From the human T2T-CHM13v2.0 reference genome, Homo sapiens: 64,000 nucleotides of DNA. Under the pieces are notes generated by a model, which ran no database searches, was not told where the DNA came from, and worked only from the letters and a program-made list of their open reading frames with translations. Position 1 is the stretch's first letter, and the number at the start of each line of letters is the position of its first letter. Shown here one piece after another: positions 36,414-51,390 of the stretch. The DNA lies in assembly GCF_009914755.1 (NCBI RefSeq), contig NC_060927.1; one strand, given 5' to 3'. A program made the position numbers and the translations under genes.

Positions 36414-37391
36414 TTAACATTTTATCCCCACCCTCTAGACATATGGTAGATGCTCAATAACTATTTGTAAGACTTTTTTGAACTTTCTTGACATCTGCAG
36501 CCAAATGGTACAGGCCAATGGGAAATTTCCATCCCTAACAGTATGGTGTGGGAGACAATGAGGAATATAATATACTAGTTATATAAATATCGAATTTTTC
36601 ATGCTCTTCCCTTAACTAAAGAAACTAAAATTAATACTACTTGGTATTTCTTCAGCATACACACACAAAAAAAGTGTTTCCCAGTTACTACCTCATTTGG
36701 CATTCTCATCTGCATCATCAGCGGATAGATGGCAGCACCAAGCTTTCAAACACCTAAGCTCACTGTCAGCTGGTCTAATTAGCAAAAATTACAGAACATT
36801 TTTGAAGGGATGTTTTGTAAGAGGTCTTCTGGAAATCTAATTTAAGAAAATCAGTTTTCCATATTCAAAGTGCTGACCCGCAAATGTTTCTGAAGTGTCC
36901 AGAAGTTGCTTTTAAAAGCAAAGGGATCGTTCTCCCTCTCCCCTCCCCCTGCCCCCCACATCCATCTGAATCATCGCACGTTTTCAATGGCAAAGGCTTC
37001 ATTACATCCTAAGGAAATCCACATCCTGCACCTCCAGGTCACAGCCTGGCAGAGAGCAGCCTCACGTCCCTCCGGAAAGGATAATTAGTTTTCTACCCTT
37101 TAATCAAGGAGCAGCAGATTGTTATTTTTCTAAAGTTTTGCCTGGGGAGAGCCTGTTCTTTCCCGAGAGTGTATTTTTCTAACCAGGACTCCTTGTTTGT
37201 GCTCTGCCTTCCCACGCACCGACACTGAGGGCCCCTCCTCCTTGTTTGAAATAAGACCAAAGCTCTCCACTGATGAGACGGATGTGGGATCAGGTCATGG
37301 GCTCCCTAACTCATCAGCACCACTGCCCATTATCATATGGACTGGGAGTACCCTCAATCTCTCTGTCATAGAGAACGTTGTCAAGGGTTCA

Positions 37392-37960
<569 letters not shown>

Positions 37961-38039
37961 ATGAACAGAGAAACAGATGTTAAAACCATTGCAGAAGCAG
38001 CCACAACAGAGGAAAGGAGATGGAAACTCAAACACTTAC

Positions 38040-38098
38040 TATGTACCAGGCGCAGAGCCAATACTGAGTTGGTTCTCTTTACATGAAGTATAACAGGA
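38040..38098 (-). other. Candidate 59-bp cassette exon of ARHGEF3
   Basis: Branch-like CTGAT, long U-rich tract and TAAG| acceptor at 38099; donor ATA|GTAAGT at 38039. Confidence 0.45.
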
Positions 38099-38302
38099 CT
38101 TAAAAAAAAATAATAAAAACAATAAAGATCAGAGATTAGTCTTATTCACTGGTTTTTCTACATCTGCAAATAAAAATATCCATGGAGATTAATGGTAAAC
38201 TTTTCTGTGTGCATATTATACTTTTAATAGAAGGGTAATTTCAATTTAAAACATTTAATGGCTCAGTTTTCTTAACATTTTAAAGAGATTTCGATCAAAT
38301 AA

Positions 38303-38620
<318 letters not shown>

Positions 38621-39553
38621 AATTCATGTTTTTCAAATCCTAGAAAACTCTTTACTCAAAAATTATATCTCTAGATACCATACTTTACTAGTTTCTATCA
38701 AACAGGTACTCCGTAAGGGCTTCTTGCCCTGGGAGGAGCAGAAGAAAGTCTTTATATTTTATTCAATACTATATTGATCAGAAACTAATAAATCCATATG
38801 TAGGTGGCCCAACCCCTCCAAAATGAACATTGCAATCTTAAAAGTGGGTCCTCAGATATGGGCATTTATAATAAATGTTCTGTTGATCCTAACAGTTTAA
38901 AATGCCAAAAATTCTTAAATTAGCCAGCATTGCTTAAAGCAGTTTATTGACTCCAATACAGGACCCACCACAGTCTCCAAGGTAATTAGATGCTCCATAA
39001 ATGCTGTTTTTGGCAGTGACTGGGGCCACACATAAAAACATGTTTATTCCCAAACTGTCAGTGAAATGTGGGAGTGGAACTGCGTCAGGCTTGTTAGAGC
39101 TCATGTGGTAGAAAGGAAGGTAATGTCAAGGCCACTGATTTCAGCACTGCACCAAACAGCAAGCCACCATGCTGAATCCTGGCAGACCTCAATGACGGCT
39201 AAAAAAAGGGAGTGGCGGGTATGAGGTAATTCTGAGTAAAAGAGGGTAATATTAGTACTATTTTCATACTACTACTACTATTCGTACTGTGCTTTTTATG
39301 AGGATTAACTCATTTAATCCTCACGGGGGCCCTGTGGAATAAGGGCTGTAACAGATGAGGAAGCTGTGGCACTGAGAGCTTAGATTTAGAAATGCCTCAC
39401 AGCTACTAAAGGGTAAGGCCAGACAGTCCAATTCCAGGATCCTGCCCCAGAGCTCCACCAAGTTGCATCAAGATTTTTCTGGCCGCCTAATCCACAAGAG
39501 CCACAAACTGGGGCGAGAAAAATGACTGTAATTATCAGCTACGTGCTACTTAC

Positions 39554-39800
39554 CAAATATTTCTATCAAACATGGTCCATCTAAAGCACAGGGCAGAGCA
39601 AGCCCCATTCTCTTGGGCCCCTCACTAACTCTCAGCTCACCAGATGGGCTCCTGGGAACAGGGCCAGCACTTGCATCAGCATTGCCATGCTGCCGCCATG
39701 GCAACCACACTTTATGACCCAGGCAAAGATGCTCTTCCCACTCACTCGGGAGCCCTGATTCTGGGATGCAGCCCTTGGAGAGACATGTCCTTTTACCTGC
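39554..39800 (-). other. Candidate alternative first exon of ARHGEF3 (5' end uncertain)
   Basis: Donor TTG|GTAAGT at 39553 (second donor CTG|GTGAGC at 39640); ACCATG at 39573; TATAAAG (minus) 39819-39825, CCAAT 39879-39883, X-box-like 39692-39705. Confidence 0.4.
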
Positions 39801-41151
39801 CCCCAACTTGCTCAAAGTCTTTATAATAATGGGAACCGATGGGAGGTTCCCCAGGTCCCTGGACACATCTGGACCAGGCCAATAAATACACAGGCTGACA
39901 GGGAGATGGGGCTCATGGAGAGATGGTGCAGAGAAATGGAGATTTGCAAAGTGAACAGCTAACATCTCCAGGGGACTTGGTGCCTGGCAGGGCTGGAATT
40001 GAGTTCCAGCTGGCTATCTTGTGGCCCTAAGCAAATGGGTTCGGCCTCTAGGAATCCATGTCTTAGACTATGAAAAATAGGAATAATATTAGGTTTTACA
40101 CCTCACAGAGCTGTTGTGAGGTTTAAGTAAACTCAAGCACACAAAGTACATAGAGAGTAGAAACTGGCTGTGACTATCACTAAGGCAATGGTGCTGGGAC
40201 TGTCAAAAGAGCAGAAGCCCCTCAGCCTCCCGTCACTGCCCTTCCAGCTCAACAGCCTGACAGTAGAGACAAAAAGCAATCCTGTCAACAGACCAGACAA
40301 GGCCAACAGATCCATATACACCCTGCTGAGCACAGGGAGACATGCCAGCATTCAGTGGGGACCCCAGGTGCGATCACCCCCGCCCCGTACTAGGCTACAT
40401 GGCTTCTCTGAAAAGATAAATTTATCAAAATAAGCCTACTACCTTTATTTGACAAAGATGTCACTGGACAAAACACCTTTTAACACACGAAAACCATGAA
40501 TGAACCTTCAGAAGTCTTTAAAGTCAAATGGATAGCACTCAAAAATTTCTAGAAGATTCTGGAATTATCATTCCCATACTGTCAGCAGTGGTGATTTCTC
40601 AAGGTTAGGACTGATCCGGGGAACTTGCATGTGCCATGTCACACGTTCCTACACTGTCTAAAATTTTATGACATGTACATTTTTGTAATAAGAAAATTTT
40701 AGTTTATTTGAAAAAGAAAACTGAAATGCTTTGCCATAACATAGTTCACAAAATAAAAAACCCAATCAATCAATAAACAAACAAAAAGTACTCACCCTCC
40801 CTACTAACTAGCCAAATGGAAATTTAAATAAGTTAGCATGTTTATATTTCAAATTAGCAACTTCTATATGGGCATATCAAATGCAAGAAAGAATGTGGAG
40901 AAAACAGGCACTGTGCTTCACAACTATAAATGTATATATTGACGTGAAATTTCCACAGGGTAATTTGACATCATTTTCCAAGAGCATTAAAATGACCCAA
41001 AAGTTCATCCTAACGATAATTAATTGGACAAAATAACCACAAACATGGGCCTAGCAATAAGGGTACAGCTCCTAACATTGCCAGAGAGGGAGAAGCTAGA
41101 CAGAGCTCACACAGCCAACAATAGGAACCAGTTATTAAGAAAGCCCCTTGA

Positions 41152-41443
41152 GGCTGGGTACAGTGGCTCACACCTATAATCCCAGCACTTTGGTAGACTA
41201 AGGCTGGAGGATCACCTCTGGCCAGGAGTTCAAGACCAGACTGGACAAGAAAGTGAGCCCTCACCTCTACAAAAAATAAAAAAATTAGCCGGCCATAGTG
41301 GCATGCACCTGTAGTCCCAACTACTTGGAAGACTGAGGTGGGAGGATGGCTTGAGCCCAGAGCCCAGGCTGCAGTGAACTATGGTTGCACCATTGTACTC
41401 CAGCCTGGGCAACACAGTGAGACCTTACCTCTAAAAGAAAGAA
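41152..41443 (+). mobile_element. AluJ
   Basis: TSD aagaaagccccttga / aagaaagctccttga. Confidence 0.9.
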
Positions 41444-42204
41444 AGCTCCTTGAAAATTTCTACATATCCAATAAGGTAGCAGCAAAAAGACTTACTTATT
41501 CCACATTGTGAAAATATGGAATTATCTGGATTTGGCACCTTTAATTGCATGCTTTCATTCCACACTCATCCCATTTTGCAACTGAGTAAACTGAGACCCA
41601 GATATATTCAACTGTTTGCCCTGCAGTGGTTGGGACAGGTTCACAGTGTTATTTGCCATTGCATCCGTGGTAGGGCCAAGCTCGTTCCTGCTGCCACAGG
41701 AGGCCCAAGCCAGGGGCAGAGGCATCTCTTCAAAATCCTCTTCCCCCAAGATGCCACACCTTCCCAAGGGCTCTCAGCCCTGTCCAGCTGCCACAGGCAG
41801 CCAGAGACAAGGCACAGGCCCAGGAATAAAGCTGGGGTCCGTGAGCAAGGCCCTCACTAGGAATAAAGTAGGCCCCCTCCAAAGAAGGTCTGGTCCACAT
41901 CACGACTGCACGTGGTGCTTATCCTAGATCGCCTCTCAGCCCATGGCAACCCTGGGGCTCAGAGAGGTCAGCTTCCCTGTCTTAAATCAGCCAGCCAACG
42001 AGGATGTGAATTCCTTTTCTTAGCCCTTTGTGGGTGACTCAGTTTCCTCATCTAGAAAATGGGGAGAATAATTGTACCAACTTACAAGGGTTTGGTTGTT
42101 ATGAGAGTTAAAGGACTCAATCCTTAGAAGGTGCTTAGAACATTTCCTGACCTATAGGAAGCATCCTGTGCAGCTCTTATTTCTGCAGTGAGACTACTGA
42201 CGGT

Positions 42205-42915
42205 GGTGCTTAGAAGCAAGGGCTCTGGAACCAGCTGCGTGGGTTCTGATCACACATCGACCACTCACTTGCCCTGTGACTCCAGGCAGGTTACCTAACT
42301 CTTTGTGCCTCAGATTCCTCATTTGTGAATTGAGAATGATGATGATAACTCACACGCACCTCAACTTACAATGGTAAGTCGAAAATGCACTTAATACCCT
42401 TAACCTACCAAACATCACAGCTCAGCTTACCCTACAAATCCAATAAGTAAGGCAGTAGCAAGAAGACTTGCTTATGCCACATTGTGAAAATATAGAATTA
42501 TCTGGATTTGGCACCTTAATGCATGCTTTTAAAGCCTAGCCCACTTAAACATGCCCAGAACACTCACATTAGCCTACAACTGGGCAAAATTATTTAACGC
42601 AAAGCCTGTTTTGTAATACAGTGGTGAATATTTCATGTAATTTACTGAAAACTGTACTGAAAGTGAAAAAAAGAAGAATGGCTGTATGGGGACTCAAAGT
42701 ACAGTTTCTCCTGGATACGTGTCACTCTCACACCATCAGAAAGGCTAAAAACTGTAAGGCGACTCATTGTGGGTCGGGACCATATATAGTACCTACGTAG
42801 GTTAGTGGGAATAATCACGTTATCTACCTTAGCTCTTAGAAGAGCTAAGAACAGTACCCATAATGAGTACAATGGTCCTAATATGTAAAGTGCATGTTAG
42901 CTGCTATGAATATTA
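42205..42915 (+). mobile_element. MIR split by MER47A
   Basis: gggctctggaaccag...gtgcctcagattcctcatttgtg before, cctacgtaggtt...agaacagt after. Confidence 0.55.
42351..42786 (+). mobile_element. MER47A (TcMar-Tigger) with an internal foreign insertion
   Basis: cctcaacttacaatgg...taacctaccaaacatca...cattagcctacaactgggcaaaat...gtcgggacc matches remembered MER47A consensus. Confidence 0.75.
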
Positions 42916-44090
42916 TGCCACTCTGTCTCCTATTAGCCCATTAGGAATGGCACCACTACCAACAGTAGTCATTATTCTGGCTGACAAGAACCTGAAGTAT
43001 GTTCTCCTACGAGTGGGTGCCATTATCGTTCAGATTTACAGATGGGAAACTCAGGTGCAGAGAGCTCAAGTAACTTGACTTGGGTCACACAGCCAAGAAG
43101 CAGCAATGCTACCAGGCTTCAAGTCAAGTTCATCGGCCTCCGAGGCTCTTGCCTGACTGCACTACCCACCTCAATATCCACATGGCCTGTGGCTGCCTAC
43201 TTGTGCAATTGTATGACTGCCAGTACTTCCTGGAGAGGGTGATGCATGGTTTTCTGGCTTTGAGATGACTCACTCCCAAGCCTTCCACCATTCAACACAA
43301 ATGCTGGCCCCTGCAGACGTCTGACTAACAGAAAGTCACATCAGCAGAGTCGCCAAGGAGCAATCCCTGTCTTCCCTCCCCATCTTCCTGGGGAAATACA
43401 TTGGTATGTGTCTGTCAAGATAAGATATAACCATTAAAACAAAATTCTGGACTGAGATATCTGCTTGGTGTCTTGGAAACACATGCCGATGTCCACACAG
43501 CTGGTTTTCCCTACAGCTGTTGGTAGTCATGTTTCAACTATGGCCTACTCATAAGTTTGCACTGGAAGATGAGGCCAGGGTAAATCTTTCTTAATGCATC
43601 ATTCTAGCCTTTAAAGCATGACATCCATGACAGTGAAGCTCACTTTCCATTACCAGACTGAAAAGTTGGCAAAGCTTTGCTGCACACTATAAAGGCAGAG
43701 GTGTAGGTAGGTGCCACCAGCAAGGAGCAGCATAGCTTGAGCAGAGGTGGGTCTCATGTCCTTCACGGCTTCCTCAGCAATTCACCAACAGAGCTAGTTG
43801 TTGAATAAAAACAAAACAAAAAAAAACTTCTACCCAGGATCCATAACCCTGTATTATTTCAAACCTGGTAATTTAATTCAGTCATATCTGTTTTCAGATA
43901 ATGTATCTAAAACTCAAACAGATCACAAGCTGGAAGGATCCTCAGAGAACCAGCTGACCACCCTCATTTAGGGACTGGAGCACTAAGACCTGGCCAAGCT
44001 CACATGGTCTGTTGGTCACAGGCTGGGACCCTTGAAGGTCTCCCTGTTTTCAGGCTGTTTTTTCAGCCCTTCCTGCTTCCTTAATCCAAG

Positions 44091-44600
44091 TGTTGTCAGA
44101 GTGGACATCTGCTGTTCCTCACTGCCCAGCATTTAGTCCCCATTCTTCTGCTAACAGCACCCAGATTTTCTGTTGGGGGATGCCCTCTCCCCTTTGGGAC
44201 ACTGTGATTCAGGAAGGGCCAACCCCAGGCTCCAGAGATGGGCATGTAACCTGGCCTGTTCAGTGGGAGTGGCCCCAAGACTTTGGCTGGCATTAAAGAA
44301 CAGATATACAGTCCTTCTGGGACAGGCACTGAGCTGATGAGATGCAAACTTGGAGCTGTGCAGGGCATCTTGTGCAGAAAGCTTACCTGAGAAAGAAGCT
44401 AACCTGGGGAAAGCAGAGCAAGAGACCAAGAGAGAGAAGGCTCCTAATGACACAGATTAACCACCTGGATCGAGCTATGCCTGAAGGTAGCCTATCACTA
44501 GACTTGCCAGTGATAAAAAGTGAGCTCTCTTTAAAAAAAAAAAAAAAGTAAGCAAGCGTACATTCTATTTCTGTCACATGCAACCAAAAGAACTATGCTT
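44091..44600 (+). mobile_element. ERVL solo LTR, LTR33-like
   Basis: tgcccagcatt...ctaacagcacccagatttt; end ttctgtcacatgcaaccaaaagaact. Confidence 0.65.
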
Positions 44601-45454
44601 TGTTTCTTTGCAAAAGTTCATTAAAGAAAGCATCAAAATGGGAATGTTCCCAGGGGACCATCCAGAGTGCCTAGCACACAGTAAGCACTTAATTCATGTG
44701 TAATGGAGCGAAACCCCTCCTTCAGGGCTCTTCTCAGTGGGACTCTCTCAGACCATCCTGTTGGAAACTGTGGCCCTCTCCAGCCTTCCTATCCACCCCT
44801 CTTGCCTGTTTTCAATGGTGTTTAGCACCATCAGACCTACCCTATGTCTTACTTACTGTTTCTTGAATCCCATAAGGGTGGAGATTGTTGTCTACTTTGT
44901 TCGCTGCTATAACCCTAAGGCCCAGATCAGGTCTCTGAACCATAAGTACCCAGTATACATCCGGTGAATGAATGAATGAATGAGGAAATGGATGATGGAA
45001 TGAGTGAGTGCCTAGTGTGCTCCCAGGTCCCCACCTGTCTGCTGCCTTGGTCAGCAGCCCTGGGACCTGGCCTGCAGAACCCCTGGCTGTCCTTCCTCCT
45101 CTTTCTGGATATGGGTCCTCTTCCCACCGAGCAAACACTCCAGCAGCCAGCCCCGCAGTCCAGGCAACCTGACCGTCACCCACCTGCCCAGGGACCATCA
45201 ACAAAAATTAAAGGGTAGGGAGCCCTTTGGGTTATAAAGATGTCTTCCTTCTTCTTTCCTGCTTACAAATAAATATCATATGCTCATTACAAAGGCAAAC
45301 AAACAAAATTAAAATGTAAACAAGTAAGCAATAAAAAAAATAATAATTTAACTTCTAAGTTAAATTTGAGGTACAAGTCAGAAATGGGAAGACTGCTGGT
45401 ATATTTTATATGACCCCTAGGGTGTATGTATGTATATATGTATTTATTTTTGAG

Positions 45455-45723
45455 GTAGCATCCAACATTTAAAAATCTAGATTTCATTTAGAAATCAGGT
45501 ACAGTCTCTAGCTTCAGTTCAATTTTTTAAAAAATCTCATCACTAAGGGCCCCTATTTCCACAAGTGACCATGGTCTGCTAGGGTTGAGTGGTAGCTGCC
45601 CCCTTCAGATGGACCATGGGCTCTTGGGGTCTCCATCCCTCCCCACTGTGACCCCTGCCCTTCCCTGGCCACTCATGTAAGGTCCTGCCTGGTCTCTGTC
45701 ACACTCAGAGTTGGTGATCCCTG
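45455..45723 (+). mobile_element. MER102-like hAT-Charlie fragment
   Basis: ccaacatttaaaaatc...gtagctgcccccttcagatgg...gagttggtgatccctg. Confidence 0.55.
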
Positions 45724-45933
45724 GCCTGGTGTATATCCTTTCAGACTCTGCTGCAGACATAAAGCTTTCTAAGAAATCCCTCTAAAAAATCCCCTCGCCT
45801 CCAATAGTACCTGTGATGCTACAAATAACTATGCAATTTCTAACACCAGAGAACAATGCATTTACAACACAGCCCCCTTCTGCAGGGTCAGCATGCTGGG
45901 TCAGGTTCATGTCTCCTTTTAAAACTGACTATC

Positions 45934-46359
<426 letters not shown>

Positions 46360-47368
46360 CTAGTGTTTAAATCCAGCCTCCCATTGTGGATAGCCTCACA
46401 GACACACAGCAGCCACAAGAGCTTACACCACCACTGAGCTGCCATCCATGCATGGAAGTCAAAACCACACCGTGGGCTGCAGCCCCCTGCCCACCACTCA
46501 GAGACCCCCACAATCTGCCATTTTCCCCTGTGTTTACTTACACACTGGTTCCACTATATAGCAGTAACTCCCCAAGGGCAGGGACCCTGCCTGTCGCATT
46601 GATAATTGTTTCTTAGAACCCAGCCCTGTTCCTCAGAGAAGAGCCCCTCAATCCATGATGGATGGATGGTTGGTAAGTGGACAAGCACATGATGGGTAGG
46701 TGGGTGGGCGAGTATGTTACAAGGCAGGGAGGGAGGTGGACAAGCCCCGCAAACTGTGATGTCTGATTTGCCCTTGTCATGAGGCAATGATTATATTAAA
46801 ATACTGGACGAAAAACTAGAATATAAAGTTACATAAATAAACTCACAGGTTTAAAAAAAAAAGATAAGGAAAACACTATAATATTGATCGTGGCATAACT
46901 TTTTAAAAAATCACTTTGTGCATTTCCCAAATGGACTACAAGTCTGTTTTATAAAGTTCATTTTTAACTGCCAACATGAAACTACATCAAGTGAACATTA
47001 CTCCCTAGAGTTTTCTAGATTATGAAACACCAAGGGCCTACAGAGGAAAGAAAAATATTTGGATTAGTTTGGCTCTTAGAGTGGACTAGAGAGGGGAGGA
47101 AAAGAAAACAGGGGAGGGGAGCCCGGCCTTGGACAGTAGAAAAGGATCCTTCCAGGATCCTTGGTGGCCCCGTAATGACCAATACCTTTGCTACCTGCTA
47201 TCAGCAAAAGCAACATCAGTTACCCTTCCAGATACTGGAAATCTAAAGTATTATGGGAAGTCATATTTCTTCTGGAGTAAAAGATGGTAGTTTTTTCACC
47301 CCTGGCCTATGAATGCTTCTGAAGAAAAGCAAAGAAACACAAGGACATCTTCTAACACAAACACATGA

Positions 47369-47708
<340 letters not shown>

Positions 47709-49228
47709 TAAAAATCACTGCTGCTCAGACTGTCCTGGCACTGGGGCAGCCAGAATAGCATTGCACTCGCTACAGGGCGACAATGTGACATATTCATTCG
47801 CCGCCTCCACCCCTGAACTGGGGCTCTGCCACCTTGGCTGTTCTCCACATGTATTCCACAGACAGGTGGGCAGCAGGGCTCAGGGCCAGCTATTTTGTAA
47901 AGACAGATAGGGAAACTGAGGTTCTGAGAGGGGCAGCAGTGCACGGGTCCCTGGGAACAGCATAGCTGAGAGCAGCCTGCGGCCTCGCCCCCTCGATCCC
48001 CTCACGCACATTCACCATGCCTCCTGGGCACTGGGCCCTGGCCAGAATGAACATGCACACCTGGGTCTTATAAGCAGGTGAGAGGAAGGCACAGACTCTA
48101 ACAAATGAGGATGTAAATGGACAACATACCCACAGGTGGGGCTGGGGGTGGGCAAGGGGAATTAGCAGCAAGGGGCAATGTGATGCCGCCTGGCTGGAAG
48201 GTCACCAGGGACACTCAGGGAGGTCCCTCTACAACAGGCTGCTACTGCTGGGCTCCCAGAGAAGGCCCTGATCAAAGACTCTCAAAGAGCCAGGCCTCAG
48301 AAACTTACCAAACATCAATATAGTGCAGTCACAAACACCCCAGCATGCTGCACTCTGCCAGATGCAACTTATTAACATTGTATTTGGGGCTCTGGAGTCT
48401 AGGAGGGATGCATGAATCACCAGCAGGGGGAAATTAAATGTAAAAGAAACCACACACCCACAAACTACCAGCAACCTAAAGAGCCCAACAAAAAATCAGG
48501 AAGTGCAGGGTCTTTAGGGGTGGACAGATTTGGGGTTTATCCTGCCTCCACCTGCAAAGGCTTCCCAGTGCCCTCAGACTGAATTCTCAGTTGCTTAAAA
48601 AGGCCTGTTGTCCCTAATCTCTGCCTCTAGTCTCTGAGACTGAAGGCAGCTCATCCCTCACCAGCCTCCAGAAATCTGAGTTTAACACATACAAAGTCTG
48701 GGGCCCCTGGGAGCTGTAGACAGAAAGGTTTGGCGACAGTGGGGAACTGGGATTTGCAGCTGAGGTCAAAGCCAATGTCCTGGCATGGCTGGGGTGACCA
48801 AAGGGAAGGACCTGCAGTGATAGAAGAGGCCGGAAGCAACAGCCCTGGGGACGGTGCAGTTGGGAGTAAGGGGTTGGGGGGAAGCCAGCAAATCGAGTGT
48901 TCCAGGAGGAGGCGGAGCCAGGACCCAATGCTGTGAAAGGGGAGTCCATGATGAAGACTGCACAAAACCCCCCAACAGCTTTGGCTCTCCAGATGGCTGG
49001 TCACCTTGAAGGCAGTTTCAGGGTAGTAGTGGGGGTAGTCACTGGGGAGGAGACAGTAGGTAGGAAAGAAGTGGGGGCAGAAAAGAGGATAAACGCATGC
49101 GAATTTTGAAAAAAAAAAAGATAAAAATAAAAATAGGTCTGGAGTGATGGTCATAATCTTAATAGTAATGATGGTCCATGGATATTGAATCCTTACTGCG
49201 GGTGAAGTGATGTTTAAAACACTTTGGA

Positions 49229-49528
49229 GGCCGGGTGTGATGGCTCATGCCTGTAATCCCAACACCTTGGGAGGCCATGATGGGAGGATCACATGAGGCC
49301 AGGAGTTCGAGACCTGCCTGGGTAAGATGGCAAAACCCCATCTCTACAAAAACTGAAAAAATTAGCTGGGCATGGTGATGCATGCCTGTAGTCCCAGCTA
49401 CTAGGAAGGCTAAGATGGGAGGATCCTTTGAGCCCAAGAGGTCAAAGCTGCAGTGAGCTGTGATCGTCCCACTACACTCCAGCCTGGGTGATGGAGTGAG
49501 ACCCTGACTCAGAAAACAAACAAACAAG
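49229..49528 (+). mobile_element. AluJ
   Basis: J-type dimer. Confidence 0.9.
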
Positions 49529-50356
49529 TAACTCTGGGTTGCCAACGCCTCATTATAGTCCATACTTTCTGGACAGATTCTGTTAACATCACCATCTTGC
49601 AGATGAGGAATCTGGGGCATAATCATGTGCCGGCCACAGGGAGAGCAGAGCTCTGACTTCAGGGCTCCCCCTCTTTGTCTCTCAACTGTTACCAGCACCA
49701 GCACTGGGCTGAGCTCTGGGCAATGCAACGGCTGAGCAGGAGTAGGAGGGAAGTGTTTGGCACAGGAGGCTCCAGGCCCAATCTGCAGGCAGGAGGGAAG
49801 GAGCTGCTGGAAAGAGAAACAGAAGATGAAAGGGACTCTGGGGACGGGGTGATGAACACTCCTGGGCATGCCCTTAGCTAAGAGCCACTACACTGGGGTT
49901 TTGCTGAGAGCTTCTCAGCAGCAGAAACCTTGGGTCAAGCCCAATCCTACATAAACCTGGTAGAAGCAGAGTTGATCTAGAAGGAAGGAAAGGAAGGAGC
50001 CAGCCCCACTAACCTCACTCCCCCTAACGTGCACAGCCAATCCTGCAGCCACTAAGAGACCACTTCAGGAACATGGACACCTCAGGGCCTCCACTCACAG
50101 CGTATGCTCTCTGAGGGCTGGCTGGCTTTCTCTTCCTTTTCAATTTTCAAGTATTTGATTAACACATTCAAAACTAAAATAATTAAAATTAGCCAGAGAT
50201 GCACTGTGTCTTGTGTGCACACCACTGGCTTACCACCTGATGTCCAGAGCATAAATGGGACTCCACAAATGGGTGACAGACAGGTATGGGCAACAGCTCT
50301 GAGGGGTCAACCTGGCTCCTCCTTCACCTGCTAAGTGACCCTCAGCAAGTACCTGA

Positions 50357-50745
<389 letters not shown>

Positions 50746-51371
50746 TAAGAGAGTTAAATAAGCTAGTAGTCATAAAAGTGCCCAGCACATGATAAGAGCA
50801 CAATAAATGTCACCTGTCATTATTATTAATAGCATCAACAAGATTAAAAGTATGTTGGCAGGGAGAGGAAGAATCCACAGGAAAGAATTAAAGTGTCCCC
50901 ATGGGAAGCACAGTGCCCTGCATGTCCCAGTGTTGTTCCCTACTAGGACTGGCCAGTGAATGCTCTGGTTTTTGCAACTGTCTCTTTAATTTTTGTACCA
51001 AAGGGAGGCAGGGCCCAGACCATGGAGGTGTGAAGCTCACGAGTTTGGCAGGCTGGGCTCATCTGGAGCCCAGTATTAATTAATTGGTGTTTATGCAACA
51101 GTATGTGCCCATCTGGCCCCGTTTCTGTCTGAATCTTGTGCTCAGAACCTTGGAGAATGCATCTCCCTCATGACTTTTCTAGACTTTGATGCCCAGACAA
51201 CAGCAGATGCGGGTGTTAAAATAATAGCACCAACACTGCAACTCTAAAAGGGGAAGGTACCCTCTTGAGGACTCAAAGTTAAATTACAAATAGCTGGAAG
51301 ACAATTTTTTCCAGGGCTCCTGCAGCCACTGAACGTTTCCAAGGAGAAAGACAGCACCGATTGTGAGTGAA

Positions 51372-51390
51372 GAGTGCCCTCTGCTGGCCG
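51372..51390 (-). promoter_or_regulatory. CTCF core motif
   Basis: Minus strand CGGCCAGCAGAGGGCACTC closely matches TGGCCASCAGRGGGCRCTA; unique, CpG-retaining context. Confidence 0.65.

Noticed and set aside
39692-39826. Perfect Kozak GCCGCCATGG on the plus strand opening a 42-aa ORF
   Set aside because: No supporting plus-strand transcript signals or homology; the same bases are explained by the X-box-like palindrome
40785-40800. Isolated strong minus-strand donors (AGG|GTGAGT near 40795; CAG|GTAAGT near 14180)
   Set aside because: No convincing partner acceptor at exon distance; both lie in or beside old repeats
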